The position numbers and the translations under genes are program-made. The notes below the pieces were generated by a model that saw only the letters and a program-made list of their open reading frames with translations, had not been told where the DNA came from and did not search any database. DNA of 36,153 nt from a virus (taxonomy: Duplodnaviria; Caudoviricetes), in IMG/VR virus record IMGVR_UViG_3300048850_000121, positions 1 to 36,153 of that record. The stretch is one strand, 5' to 3'. Of this stretch, positions 18,557 through 26,763 are shown one piece after another; positions within the stretch are counted from its first letter, which is position 1, and the number at the start of each line of letters is the position of its first letter.

Positions 18557-20689
18557 TCAACCCATGAACGAAGACCGCCCGACCCGCCGCAGCGGCGCCC
18601 GCCGCCGCACCGCCAGGGCGGCAGCCGCCGCCGGCGCGCTTACCACCCGCTCATCCGCGCCCTCGGCCGCCGCTTCCGGCGGGTTCCAGGCGATGATCAT
18701 CGAGTTGCGCTCCCACTCCTGCAGCCAGGCGGGCGGCGCTTCCCAGTTCACCCGGTGGATGCCGTGCAACCGGGCCACCGCCTCGGCCATCGCCATGAGA
18801 TCGGTGCCCTCATTGCGAGCCGATGCGGCGATCTTGGTCCACTGCCCGCGCCTGTCGCGCTTCTCGGCCGCCAGCTGTTCCAGGAACAGATGCGGCGGCT
18901 CGGGGCTCAGCAGCCATTCCGGGATGTGCACATGCCCCGGCCCGGTTTCGACCCGCGTCAGCTGCGCCGACAGGGCGTCCTTGGCCATGTTCGGGTTGAA
19001 CATCAGCACCGGCACCTCGCCCCGCGCCGCCACCTGGCGGTCCTTGCGCTGCGTATCCGGGTAGTTCAGCGACAGCCGCGGCGCGTTGGAGCCGGAGGCG
19101 CCCTTCATGGGCACCAGGTTCCAGGCGTCGCGCCCCTGCACCTTGCCAGTGTTGCGGGCCAGCCCCGCCCGCTTGGCGCGCTGCCACGCGGCGTAGGCCT
19201 GTTCTGTCGCACCGGGCGCGCCGTAGCTGTCGAAGCCGCCGGCTTTCACCCGCATGGCCCGGCCGGAGCCGTCCGCCAGCGGATAGGCCAGCGTCGCCAT
19301 CCGCTGCAGCAGGCTGTCCCAATCGTCCGGGTTGGTCGCCGGGTCCGCCTCGATCACCAGATGCTCGATGATCCAGGACTCCAGCCCCTGCCCCCAGCCG
19401 CGCGCCAGCAGCTCGAAGCGGTTGAGCTGGTTGTCGACAGCGACCGTGATGCCACGCACGCCTTCCGGCACGTAGCCACGCGGGCACAGCGTGGCGGGCT
19501 CGGCCCGCTCTGCCAGCGCCTGCGCGTCCACCGTGCCGACATTGCGGGGCGGCTGGTAGGGCTCGCCCCAGGACTTCACCATGACGGTGCGCAGGCCCTG
19601 CTCCTCGCCGCTGGCTGCCAGCGTCCGCTCGGCCGCGACCCGCGCCCGTGCCAGACCGCCGATGCCGTCCTTCACGAAGGGCGACATGGCGCCGACAATC
19701 CAGAACCCGGCCTTGTTCATGCGCCGCCGGGCGCCGCTGATGCGGCCGTCGTCGTTGATCTCCTCGCCCAACCCCACCCAGTGCGCGTGGCCGTGCATGG
19801 CGCGGCGCTCGTGGTCCTCAATGAGACCGCCGCAATGCGGGCACAGCAGCCGCGCCTCGGCCTGGATCACGTCCAGTGGCGCATCGGCGCGGTAGTCGAT
19901 CACCATGCGCTGGCTGGTGCCAGGGTTCGGGCTGCTGAAGCCACCACAGCGCGGGCAAGGCCACCAGTAAGCCCGCCGGTCGCTGTCGGTATAGACCGCC
20001 ATGATGCCGCGCTGCCGATCGCGCGGCGCCTGGATCGGCAGGCCGAGGTCGGGGTGCGAGATGGCCAGCAGCATGGAGTCCGCGCCGGCCGCCTGGCGAC
20101 GGGGGTTCAGCAGCTCCATCGCGTCGCCCAGCGCCTTGTCGTAGGCGTCGATCTCGTCCGCGACGATGCGGGCGACGTGCTTGTTGATCAGGTTGTTGTG
20201 CGTGAAGGCCAGGAACTCGGCCCGCATCTGCGCGAAGCGCTTGAACTCGACGCTGTCACGGCCGTGCCGCAGATGCCCGATCAGTTTGGCATGGGCTTCC
20301 AGCATCGGTTCGATGCGGCCCTTGACGTAGGCTTCCTTCGCCGGGTCGGTCTGCATGTACCAGAGCAGGTCCGCAGGGTCGGCATCGATGCTGTGCAGCA
20401 GCCAGTTCTCGGCCACCATCGTCTTGCCGCAGGCGCCGGGCCCGACCACCGCAACCGTGTCGTGCTCGCCGGAGGTCAGCGCCTCCATAATGTCGGTCAG
20501 GTACGGCGCCGTCTCGTGGCTCCACAGCTGCATGTGCGAGCCGATGGCCGACTTCACCCAGCGATGCTGGCTGGCATGCTCGGCAACGGTGATGCGCTTG
20601 GGCGGCAGAAAGGCGTCGAAGGTCTCGCGAAGCAGCTTTCCGGCATCCGCATACGGGAAGCCAGCCGGCTCATGCTGCTTCGGGGGCAT
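18557..20689 (-). CDS. terL: Terminase large subunit, GpA family
   Basis: Walker A GPGACGKT, Walker B VADEID, two CPxC pairs, nuclease motifs VAVDNQ and RNEGTD; ATG 20689 follows GGAGAGG (track start 20716). Confidence 0.93.
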   Translation of the reverse strand: MPPKQHEPAGFPYADAGKLLRETFDAFLPPKRITVAEHASQHRWVKSAIGSHMQLWSHETAPYLTDIMEALTSGEHDTVAVVGPGACGKTMVAENWLLHSIDADPADLLWYMQTDPAKEAYVKGRIEPMLEAHAKLIGHLRHGRDSVEFKRFAQMRAEFLAFTHNNLINKHVARIVADEIDAYDKALGDAMELLNPRRQAAGADSMLLAISHPDLGLPIQAPRDRQRGIMAVYTDSDRRAYWWPCPRCGGFSSPNPGTSQRMVIDYRADAPLDVIQAEARLLCPHCGGLIEDHERRAMHGHAHWVGLGEEINDDGRISGARRRMNKAGFWIVGAMSPFVKDGIGGLARARVAAERTLAASGEEQGLRTVMVKSWGEPYQPPRNVGTVDAQALAERAEPATLCPRGYVPEGVRGITVAVDNQLNRFELLARGWGQGLESWIIEHLVIEADPATNPDDWDSLLQRMATLAYPLADGSGRAMRVKAGGFDSYGAPGATEQAYAAWQRAKRAGLARNTGKVQGRDAWNLVPMKGASGSNAPRLSLNYPDTQRKDRQVAARGEVPVLMFNPNMAKDALSAQLTRVETGPGHVHIPEWLLSPEPPHLFLEQLAAEKRDRRGQWTKIAASARNEGTDLMAMAEAVARLHGIHRVNWEAPPAWLQEWERNSMIIAWNPPEAAAEGADERVVSAPAAAAALAVRRRAPLRRVGRSSFMG

Positions 20690-21248
20690 CGTCCTCTCCG
20701 GTCTCGGGCACATCATCCGCCAGCAGGTCCCGCAGGCGGTCGCGCAGCTGCGTCTGCTGGCCGTGCATGTACCGGCGCATGTCGCGGATCACGGCTTCCG
20801 GCAGGTTGTGCTGGCGGCCTATCGCCGAGGGCAGCGCGTTCAGCGCCTGGGTCAGCGGCGTCCAGGCGGCGGTCAGCCGCTGCCGCATGTCACTGGTCTG
20901 CACCAGGAAGCCGCGCTGCTTGCGCAGTTCGTCTTCCTTCAGCATCGCATTGGCGTTCTTCAGCCGGTCGGCGGCGCTGAAGTTGCGCTCGCCCTCCGGC
21001 GTCAGGTCGGCGCCGCCGAAGGAAAGCTGCGCGAGTTGCTCACTGCGCGCTGCCTCGGCGGCGGCTTCTTCCTCGCGCCGGGCGGTCATGAACTCGATCA
21101 CCGCGACCGGGTCGAATTGCCAGATAGCCCCCGTGCCCCCGCGCTGGACGACCGGAAAGTCCGGATGACGCACCAGCAGGTCACGCATGGTCGGTAGCGA
21201 CACGTCCAGCGTCCGGGCCATCTCTGCCAGATTGACCAGCAGCGTCAT
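20670..21248 (-). CDS. terS: Terminase small subunit (Nu1-like)
   Basis: N-terminal winged HTH (VNLAEMARTLDVSLPTM...FPV...WQFD), coiled coil, overlaps terL; GGGAGG RBS. Confidence 0.88.
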   Translation of the reverse strand: MTLLVNLAEMARTLDVSLPTMRDLLVRHPDFPVVQRGGTGAIWQFDPVAVIEFMTARREEEAAAEAARSEQLAQLSFGGADLTPEGERNFSAADRLKNANAMLKEDELRKQRGFLVQTSDMRQRLTAAWTPLTQALNALPSAIGRQHNLPEAVIRDMRRYMHGQQTQLRDRLRDLLADDVPETGEDDAPEAA

Positions 21249-21322
21249 GGTCAGCCTCCCGGGACGGAAACAGGAACAGAAACAGAAGCCATTGTTTTGC
21301 TTAACAAACTCGGGTTCCGACC

Positions 21323-21367
21323 GGGGTTCGAATTACCCCTGGTAGGGGGGCACCCCGGGGAGGACCC
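21323..21367 (-). promoter_or_regulatory. Putative cos site (cosQ-like GGGTCCT plus cosN-like dyad)
   Basis: Minus strand GGGTCCT (21361-21367), identical to lambda cosQ, followed 21 nt later by GGGGT-AATTCGA-ACCCC, about 75 nt upstream of terS. Confidence 0.65.
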
Positions 21368-21467
21368 GCGTAATATTGTTGCGCGCAACATTGTTGCGCG
21401 GGGTCGAGGGGGCAGGCGGCCGCCCGGCCATTGCCGGCTCGGTCACGCGGCACCCTCCATCGGCCAG

Positions 21468-21503
21468 AATCGGAAACGCCCGGGCGGTAGAACCGTCCGG
21501 GCG
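21468..21503 (-). terminator. Terminator-like hairpin between late regulator and cos/terS
   Basis: Plus-strand CGCCCGGGCGG-TAGAA-CCGTCCGGGCG (one mismatch); followed on the minus strand by TTTCCGATT. Confidence 0.55.
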
Positions 21504-21522
21504 CAGCTATGGCAGCGGTCGC

Positions 21523-22047
21523 TTATCGCCTTTCAAGGCCGTGGACGTCAAGCCCCCAGTGATCGGCAAGGAAGGTCAGTGCCTCCCGAACTCGCCATGC
21601 GCCATCCAGGCGGCTCGGCTCCTTGTAGACCACGACCATGCGCAGCGCCCCTGCGTGCTCATGGCCGCAGTCGCGCTCCACATATCCCATCGCCGTGTCG
21701 TAAGCGGTCCACGCCGCCTGGCACGCGGCCACCTGATCCTCGTTCAGCGTGCCGCCGCTCGACCCCCAATCGCCGAAGCTGCGCGGCAGGCCACGCAGCG
21801 GCAGCGCGCCCCGCCAGTGCTTCTCCAGCTTCTCGGCAGCCCCCAGCTGGCGGAGGCACCAGCCTGCGGCATGGCCCTCGCCAAGATCACGGTAGCGCTC
21901 GGGGTGCTGCTGGCGGGTCTCGACCGCGCCATAGCACGCGCTGCGGAACGGCCGAACGTCAGCCGGCTGCGGCTGGTCGGCGGCATCATCAGGCATGCAC
22001 CAGGCTGCACCGGGCACGACATCGGGAGCGGAAAGCTTGAGCGTCAT
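21523..22047 (-). CDS. Probable late-gene regulator (DUF6456/Q-position protein)
   Basis: C-terminal VREALTFLADHWGL; last early gene before cos; start set at ATG 22047 (GAAGGG upstream) because the track extension to 22239 only translates the origin repeats. Confidence 0.6.
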   Translation of the reverse strand: MTLKLSAPDVVPGAAWCMPDDAADQPQPADVRPFRSACYGAVETRQQHPERYRDLGEGHAAGWCLRQLGAAEKLEKHWRGALPLRGLPRSFGDWGSSGGTLNEDQVAACQAAWTAYDTAMGYVERDCGHEHAGALRMVVVYKEPSRLDGAWRVREALTFLADHWGLDVHGLERR

Positions 22048-22070
22048 GGGGATGACCCTTCGTCCTGGCC

Positions 22071-22299
22071 CGTTCCACCCCTTGTTCCACTCTCTGTTCC
22101 ACTTAACCCATTGTATATAAAGGGTTTGGAACAGTGGAACAGTGGAACACGGGTTTCTACGTATGGAGAGAAAAGGAGAGAGAGGGGCGGAGATCAGTTC
22201 TTCGCCCATACGTGGGAAACCGCTGTTCCAGCGTTCCACTGTTCCACTGCAAGCAATTTCAGATAGTTAGGTGGAACAGAGGGCGGAACGCGCGGAACA
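22071..22299. repeat. Array of 12 GGAAC/GTTCC repeats; putative lytic replication origin
   Basis: (GTTCCA)x3-AT spacer-(TGGAAC)x3-linker-(GTTCCA)x3-AT spacer-(GGAAC)x3, immediately downstream of the helicase gene. Confidence 0.8.
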
Positions 22300-22321
22300 A
22301 CTCCACGGGGCGCGGGGCACA

Positions 22322-24172
22322 TCATGCCCCTGGTTCCTGCGACGCCTGCACCGACGCCTGCAGATGCAGGTCGAGCGCCGACAGCGGAAGCCACACCGCC
22401 CGCGCTTTACCACCATAGGTGAAGCGCATGGAGGAGACAGTCTCTATCGCACCAGGGATGTCCCGCAAAGGGGCCTGCCAGACGAAGCGCTGCCAAGGCG
22501 TGCCCTGGAACACTGCCTCCAGAGGCGGGGAGTTGTTGCCGATCCAGACGCCGGCTTCATCCAGCGTGCGCCCCTCGGTCATCTTCAGCCGCAGCGCGCC
22601 GAGGCGCTTCTGCCACTTGTCCGAGAGATCCGGCGCGTCGCGGTCGAGGTAGGCCCGCGACAGCGCGGCCGAGACGGTCATCTCCTCGCGCTTGTCACCG
22701 ACCGGCACGCGGGATGCGAGCAGGTGTTGCAGCACCAGCTGCGGCGTGTCTTCGTCAGCGGTCTCGCCTTCGGTCGAATAGAAGCTGCGGAAACCCTCCA
22801 GCAGCTGGCTGGCCTCCTGCTGATCCATCGCCTTGTCATCCATCAGCACCTGCCAGCCGGCCAACAGCGCGGCCAACTGGTCGGCCGATCGGCTGGTGGC
22901 CTTCTGCTCGACAGCCGCGCCACGAATCGCGGCGCGGTTGGCGAGGTAGACGTGGAAGCGATTCTGCAAACGACGCAGCAGGAGGGGATAAAGCGCGGCA
23001 GCGTTGGCGATCGCATCCTCCACCCGCTGCTCATTGTCCCCATCTGGCCTGGCGAGCTGCAGCAGCGTGATGCGGCTGGCATCCGCCGGGGCCAGGACCA
23101 CAGGCGTGATCGCCGCCAGCAGGAAGCAGCCGTTGACGCGGAAGGTGCGCGCTTCGCCCTCCGAGCCGCCGCGCGATGTCACCGCGCCGAGCCTGCCGCT
23201 GGCGCCGCGCATCAAATCCAGAATGCGGGCGATGTGCGTGCCATTGGCCTCCGCCTCATCCACGGGGATCAGCACGGCGCGACCATCATAGCCCTGGCGC
23301 AGCGCTGCCTCGCTGGTGTCAGAGGTCGGGAGGCCCCCGCCGCATGCCGCTGCAATCATTCGCATCAGCGCTGACTTGCCGGCGCCGAACGGCCCGCGCA
23401 GCAGCATGTGCGGGCGCCAGGGCAGCGCCGCCGCCAGGATCCCGTTGGCGATCATGCCCATCAGCAGCGCTGGGCCGACATCGCGCTGCGCCGGTTGGAA
23501 CGCCCAAAGGCCGAGGTCGCGCATCAGCTGGACCACCTGGTCGCGCGTCGCTTCCTGATCCGCTGGGCGCGGGCGGGCGGCGGCGGCCAGGTATACGACC
23601 GAGCCATGCTGCCAGCCCGGCGGGTGCGCCTCATCGCCACACATGATCTTGTCGCCACAGTGCAGCGCCAGGCTCTCGCCATCCGGGCCGGTCCAGACGC
23701 CATCCAGACGCATCTCGCGCCGATCGACCGGACCAGCCGCGGTGCAGGCCGCCATCAGCGCGTCGCCCGCCGCGCGTGCCGAGAAATCCCCCGACTTGCG
23801 CAGCAGCGGAAAGCCGCGCTCATCGCGGATGACCTTTCCGTCTGGCGTGCGGCTGGGCACCATGTGCGGCCACTTCTTGGCCAGCCAGGGCAAGCCGGTG
23901 GTGCCGCCGTAGAGCGAGGAAATACAGGCGGCGGCGTGCATGTCGCGCGCCGACAGCGTCTCCTGCAGGCCCGCCGCAGCGAGGAAGCTATAGCCAGTCA
24001 TGCCCCGGCGGGTGGACACGCCCAGTGGCACCACGGCGCCAAAGCCCTCGGGCGCATCAGGCTCCTCGCCGTCCGGCTCCGGCGCGTCGATCTCGGCCGC
24101 AGCGGGCGGGCGCTTCTTGGCCTTCTCGCCGCGCACGGCAGCATTCAGCGGCACAACGTTGGGCTGCGGCAT
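22322..24172 (-). CDS. Phage replication ATPase/helicase (SF3/AAA+-like)
   Basis: Walker A GPFGAGKS, Walker B IPVDEAE, ADASR arginine-finger-like motif; ATG 24172 overlaps upstream stop (TGATG) with GAGGAGG RBS; track start 24430 is over-extended. Confidence 0.8.
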   Translation of the reverse strand: MPQPNVVPLNAAVRGEKAKKRPPAAAEIDAPEPDGEEPDAPEGFGAVVPLGVSTRRGMTGYSFLAAAGLQETLSARDMHAAACISSLYGGTTGLPWLAKKWPHMVPSRTPDGKVIRDERGFPLLRKSGDFSARAAGDALMAACTAAGPVDRREMRLDGVWTGPDGESLALHCGDKIMCGDEAHPPGWQHGSVVYLAAAARPRPADQEATRDQVVQLMRDLGLWAFQPAQRDVGPALLMGMIANGILAAALPWRPHMLLRGPFGAGKSALMRMIAAACGGGLPTSDTSEAALRQGYDGRAVLIPVDEAEANGTHIARILDLMRGASGRLGAVTSRGGSEGEARTFRVNGCFLLAAITPVVLAPADASRITLLQLARPDGDNEQRVEDAIANAAALYPLLLRRLQNRFHVYLANRAAIRGAAVEQKATSRSADQLAALLAGWQVLMDDKAMDQQEASQLLEGFRSFYSTEGETADEDTPQLVLQHLLASRVPVGDKREEMTVSAALSRAYLDRDAPDLSDKWQKRLGALRLKMTEGRTLDEAGVWIGNNSPPLEAVFQGTPWQRFVWQAPLRDIPGAIETVSSMRFTYGGKARAVWLPLSALDLHLQASVQASQEPGA

Positions 24173-24870
24173 CAGGCGGCCTCCTCGGCGGCGGCTTCGA
24201 CGAAGATCGAGGGGAGCGCGGGGGCTGGCCGCAGCATCATCGCCTGCAGTGCCCTGCCGTGCGCCACATCCTCCGTGTGGATGCCGCCCGTCAGGCCGCG
24301 CAGGAAGGATGCCTGCTCGACCGCCTGGCCGAGCGGCAGGCAGGCGCCATTCGTCCAGCGCCGCAGCCAGCGCTCGACGCTGCGCACCACCAGCACGGGC
24401 CGCTCCGCCCGGTCTTCCCAGGTCACGCAATCGCGCGCCGCACCCAGCGCCGGCGCCATGCCGGTCAGCAGCAGCGGCGCCTTGCTGAAGTCACCATCCG
24501 GCAGCAGCAAGAGATCCAGGATCTCCGGCCCCTCCAGCGCATGCCGCGCCAGCATCCGGCGCGACGATGCCTCGGTGACGATGCTGGTCTGCGGGGAGTA
24601 GCGCACCCATGGCGGCAGGCCGTGCTCGGCCATCTCGCCGCCCCACGGGTCGCCCGTGCGAACGGCCATCACCAGGCCAGGCCTCGGCGAGCGGCCACGA
24701 CGCGGCAGCGGCTGCGGCACCCAGAAGCCGCCGTCCAGCTTCTCATAGCCGGACATGCCGAACAGCGCCTGGAAGTGAGGCTGGCTGCGCTTGGGCAGGA
24801 CATCGCCCCAGAAGCTGCGGGGCAGCTGTCGGCGGGCACGCCAGAACAGAGCGTCGAGATCATGGCTCAT
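24172..24870 (-). CDS. Phage hypothetical protein coupled to the helicase
   Basis: 232 aa; PVLVVRSVERWLRRWTNGAC motif; TGATG overlap with next gene. Confidence 0.7.
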   Translation of the reverse strand: MSHDLDALFWRARRQLPRSFWGDVLPKRSQPHFQALFGMSGYEKLDGGFWVPQPLPRRGRSPRPGLVMAVRTGDPWGGEMAEHGLPPWVRYSPQTSIVTEASSRRMLARHALEGPEILDLLLLPDGDFSKAPLLLTGMAPALGAARDCVTWEDRAERPVLVVRSVERWLRRWTNGACLPLGQAVEQASFLRGLTGGIHTEDVAHGRALQAMMLRPAPALPSIFVEAAAEEAA

Positions 24871-25069
24871 TGGCCGGCGGATCGATGCGGGTGCGGTCCT
24901 GGCGCAGCCGGTCAGTTTTCCGCTTCAGCATGCCCTCCAGGGAGGGCCTGGCGAGGCGCAGGCGGACGACGCCTAGCCGGAGTTCCGGCATGGGTTCGCC
25001 GGCCGTGCGGAAGCCGAAGCCATACCAGCGACCGAGCGCTGCGAGGATTTCGATGCCACGTTGTTGCAC
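24860..25069 (-). CDS. Small basic hypothetical protein
   Basis: GTG start with GGGAGG 4 nt upstream; overlaps both neighbours. Confidence 0.5.
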   Translation of the reverse strand: MQQRGIEILAALGRWYGFGFRTAGEPMPELRLGVVRLRLARPSLEGMLKRKTDRLRQDRTRIDPPANEP

Positions 25070-25323
25070 AAAGCCTCCCGGCGGCTCCGCACCAGGGCGA
25101 GGATTTCTTCCTCCACCTCCTGGTCGGCAGCCATCATCTCAATGGTGTGGCGCAGCTGGGGCAGGTTGCTGCCGTCCAGCCAGTTCTTAGCCGCGCGCGG
25201 ATCGGCGTTGCCCGCCAGCCGCGCCAGGCGCTTGGCGCCGGCCTTCATCACGCCGAAGCGGGCGCGCAGAAAGCTGGCGAAATGGTCCGCGACGTCGTCG
25301 GACGTAGGAATAGATGCGCTCAT
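24973..25323 (-). CDS. HTH protein in CII position
   Basis: AKRLARLAGNADPRAAKNWLDGSNLP HTH; ATG 25323 (alternative GTG 25335). Confidence 0.7.
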   Translation of the reverse strand: MSASIPTSDDVADHFASFLRARFGVMKAGAKRLARLAGNADPRAAKNWLDGSNLPQLRHTIEMMAADQEVEEEILALVRSRREALCNNVASKSSQRSVAGMASASARPANPCRNSG

Positions 25324-25631
25324 TCTGCGGGCCACCTAAGACCGAGAAATGCTCGGTTGCTGCTGTCATGTTCCTGATCGGAGAGACCAGAAACGGCGAC
25401 CAGATGGACGCGGCCCGTCACGAAGTCAGGTTGCAGGGGACGGGCGGCAGCATGGGGATGCTGCCGCCCGTTCGCCGTGAGGAGGGGATGGGGGATGCTC
25501 ACGACGAAGGCTTCAGCGCGGACGCAGCAAGCTGCGATTGCGCCGCCGGAGCAGAAGCCTGCAGCAGACGCTGCTCCTGTTCGGGCGGCACAATCAGCCA
25601 CGGCGCTGGACGAGTGTTCGGCGGCGCTCAT
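25320..25631 (-). CDS. Possible hypothetical protein between cro and CII-like gene
   Basis: ATGA overlaps with the cro stop at its start and with the next ATG at its end; no recognisable motif. Confidence 0.35.
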   Translation of the reverse strand: MSAAEHSSSAVADCAARTGAASAAGFCSGGAIAACCVRAEAFVVSIPHPLLTANGRQHPHAAARPLQPDFVTGRVHLVAVSGLSDQEHDSSNRAFLGLRWPAE

Positions 25632-25861
25632 GCAGCGCGCTCGGACTGGAGCGAGATCTCGGCGTCGCCTGGCCGGCGCATCACGGCATCGAGGGTGATG
25701 CCCTCGATGCCGTCCTGCCGGCCCAACTCGACCACCGCATGCCAGAAGCGTGCGGGGATCCCGGCGGCCGGCCAGTTGGAGACCGCGCTGCGCTTGCAGC
25801 CGAGCCGGCCAGCCACCTTGGTCGTCCCGCCCAATTCCTTGATGATCTGGAGCACATTCAT
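25628..25861 (-). CDS. cro: Cro-like repressor
   Basis: 77 aa MNVLQIIKELGGTTKVAGRLGCKRSAVSNWPAAGIPARFW; divergent from cI-like gene. Confidence 0.85.
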   Translation of the reverse strand: MNVLQIIKELGGTTKVAGRLGCKRSAVSNWPAAGIPARFWHAVVELGRQDGIEGITLDAVMRRPGDAEISLQSERAA

Positions 25862-25868
25862 GCGACGC

Positions 25869-25950
25869 AACGTGCCAGATAATCTGGCATACTTCAACCC
25901 AATCCTTGATAGCTCCGCCAGAAGTCCTGGCGCGATCCCGCCAGGACTTC
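25869..25950. promoter_or_regulatory. cro-side operator/promoter region
   Basis: GCCAG-N5-CTGGC at 25874-25888 and 25917-25931; minus-strand TTGAAG-N17-CACGTT with the operator in the spacer; 12-bp inverted repeat 25921-25950. Confidence 0.75.
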
Positions 25951-25967
25951 CTCGCTATGTCTTGGCC

Positions 25968-26309
25968 ATGGCCAACAACATGCTCCTGCAGATCGCCAAG
26001 CGGCTCCAAGCCATCCGGGAGGAGCTGCACCTCGACCAAAACGGCATGGCCAAGTGGCTGGACGTCGGCCGCACCCGCTACGTCAATTGGGAGAAGGCTG
26101 AGAACAAACCCGCTGAGGAGACCATGGTGGCGCTCTGCGACCGCACAGGCGTTACCCTCGACTACATCTATCGAGGACGGCTTGACGCGGTTCCGACCGG
26201 CCTGGCGATTCGGTTGACCGCGCGGGAAATTGGCATGGATCCAGACGCTCCCGATTTTGTCCCAGACGAAGCTCTGGCGGTGGTGGCGAAGGCATCGCGC
26301 CGACCTTAG
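25968..26309 (+). CDS. cI: CI-like XRE-family repressor without S24 peptidase domain
   Basis: 113 aa RLQAIREELHLDQNGMAKWLDVGRTRYVNWEK...GVTLDYIYRG; the track ORF from 25314 is over-extended. Confidence 0.88.
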   Translation: MANNMLLQIAKRLQAIREELHLDQNGMAKWLDVGRTRYVNWEKAENKPAEETMVALCDRTGVTLDYIYRGRLDAVPTGLAIRLTAREIGMDPDAPDFVPDEALAVVAKASRRP

Positions 26310-26432
26310 GCCACACGAACATTCTGGCACGACAATCCACCCGCTTAACTCCAAAGTGAGAACATAAACGGAACACGCGATTGCACCTTACGTCATTGCA
26401 ACCGCGAAGCGTCAAGGGCAGATTTCCTGTTC

Positions 26433-26484
26433 GCCAGTTTTTCTGGCTATTTAGGTTGATGGTAGCCAGATAATCTGGCATTTT
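26433..26484 (+). promoter_or_regulatory. Early-operon operator/promoter (OL/PL-like)
   Basis: GCCAG-N5-CTGGC at 26433-26447 and 26465-26479; TTGATG-N17-CATTTT with the operator in the spacer. Confidence 0.75.
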
Positions 26485-26512
26485 GGCGCTTCGCCCCTGT
26501 GCGGAGGACGCC

Positions 26513-26650
26513 ATGCAATCTGTTTTCCAGTCGACCCTAGCCGCCGCTGACCGCGCCGAATCGCACCCGGTCTTCGGCCCAGTCCTGCTCGCCAGCTGCG
26601 TCGCTCTGGCAATCGGCCTGCTGTGCCTTGGCCTGGTCGCCGCGCCATGA
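26513..26650 (+). CDS. 45-aa single-pass membrane peptide
   Basis: GGAGG RBS; MQSVFQSTLAAADRAESHPVFGPVLLASCVALAIGLLCLGLVAAP. Confidence 0.65.
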   Translation: MQSVFQSTLAAADRAESHPVFGPVLLASCVALAIGLLCLGLVAAP

Positions 26651-26763
26651 CCCGTGGCCCCCTCCGCGAACGCGATGACACCCGCCCCTCACGCGGCATC
26701 GGCTTCGCCGTCGCCCTGGCACTGACGGCCTACGCCTGGGCGCTCAACTGGGCGCTCGGTTGA
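26647..26763 (+). CDS. 38-aa single-pass membrane peptide
   Basis: ATGA overlap; MTRGPLRERDDTRPSRGIGFAVALALTAYAWALNWALG. Confidence 0.6.
   Translation: MTRGPLRERDDTRPSRGIGFAVALALTAYAWALNWALG

Noticed and set aside
31-21248. Gene transfer agent
   Set aside because: Head module is lambda-type with a cos-like site and is linked to immunity and replication genes, unlike RcGTA-type clusters.
22071-22299. GGAAC repeat array as a CRISPR array
   Set aside because: Repeats are 5-8 bp, in both orientations, with no spacer-length unique sequences and no cas genes.
22071-22299. Symmetric region as an N15-type telomere resolution site
   Set aside because: Not a long perfect palindrome, and no protelomerase gene in the window; a linear form cannot be supported.
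19-25377. Many long plus-strand ORFs (e.g. 2002..4011, 14253..16844, 18755..20980, 10482..12230)
   Set aside because: Antisense shadows of real minus-strand genes in high-GC DNA; Arg/Pro/His-rich with no motifs.
25314-25967. N-terminal extension of the repressor ORF (331 aa in the track)
   Set aside because: Overlaps cro and the operators; the HTH domain starts at ATG 25968.
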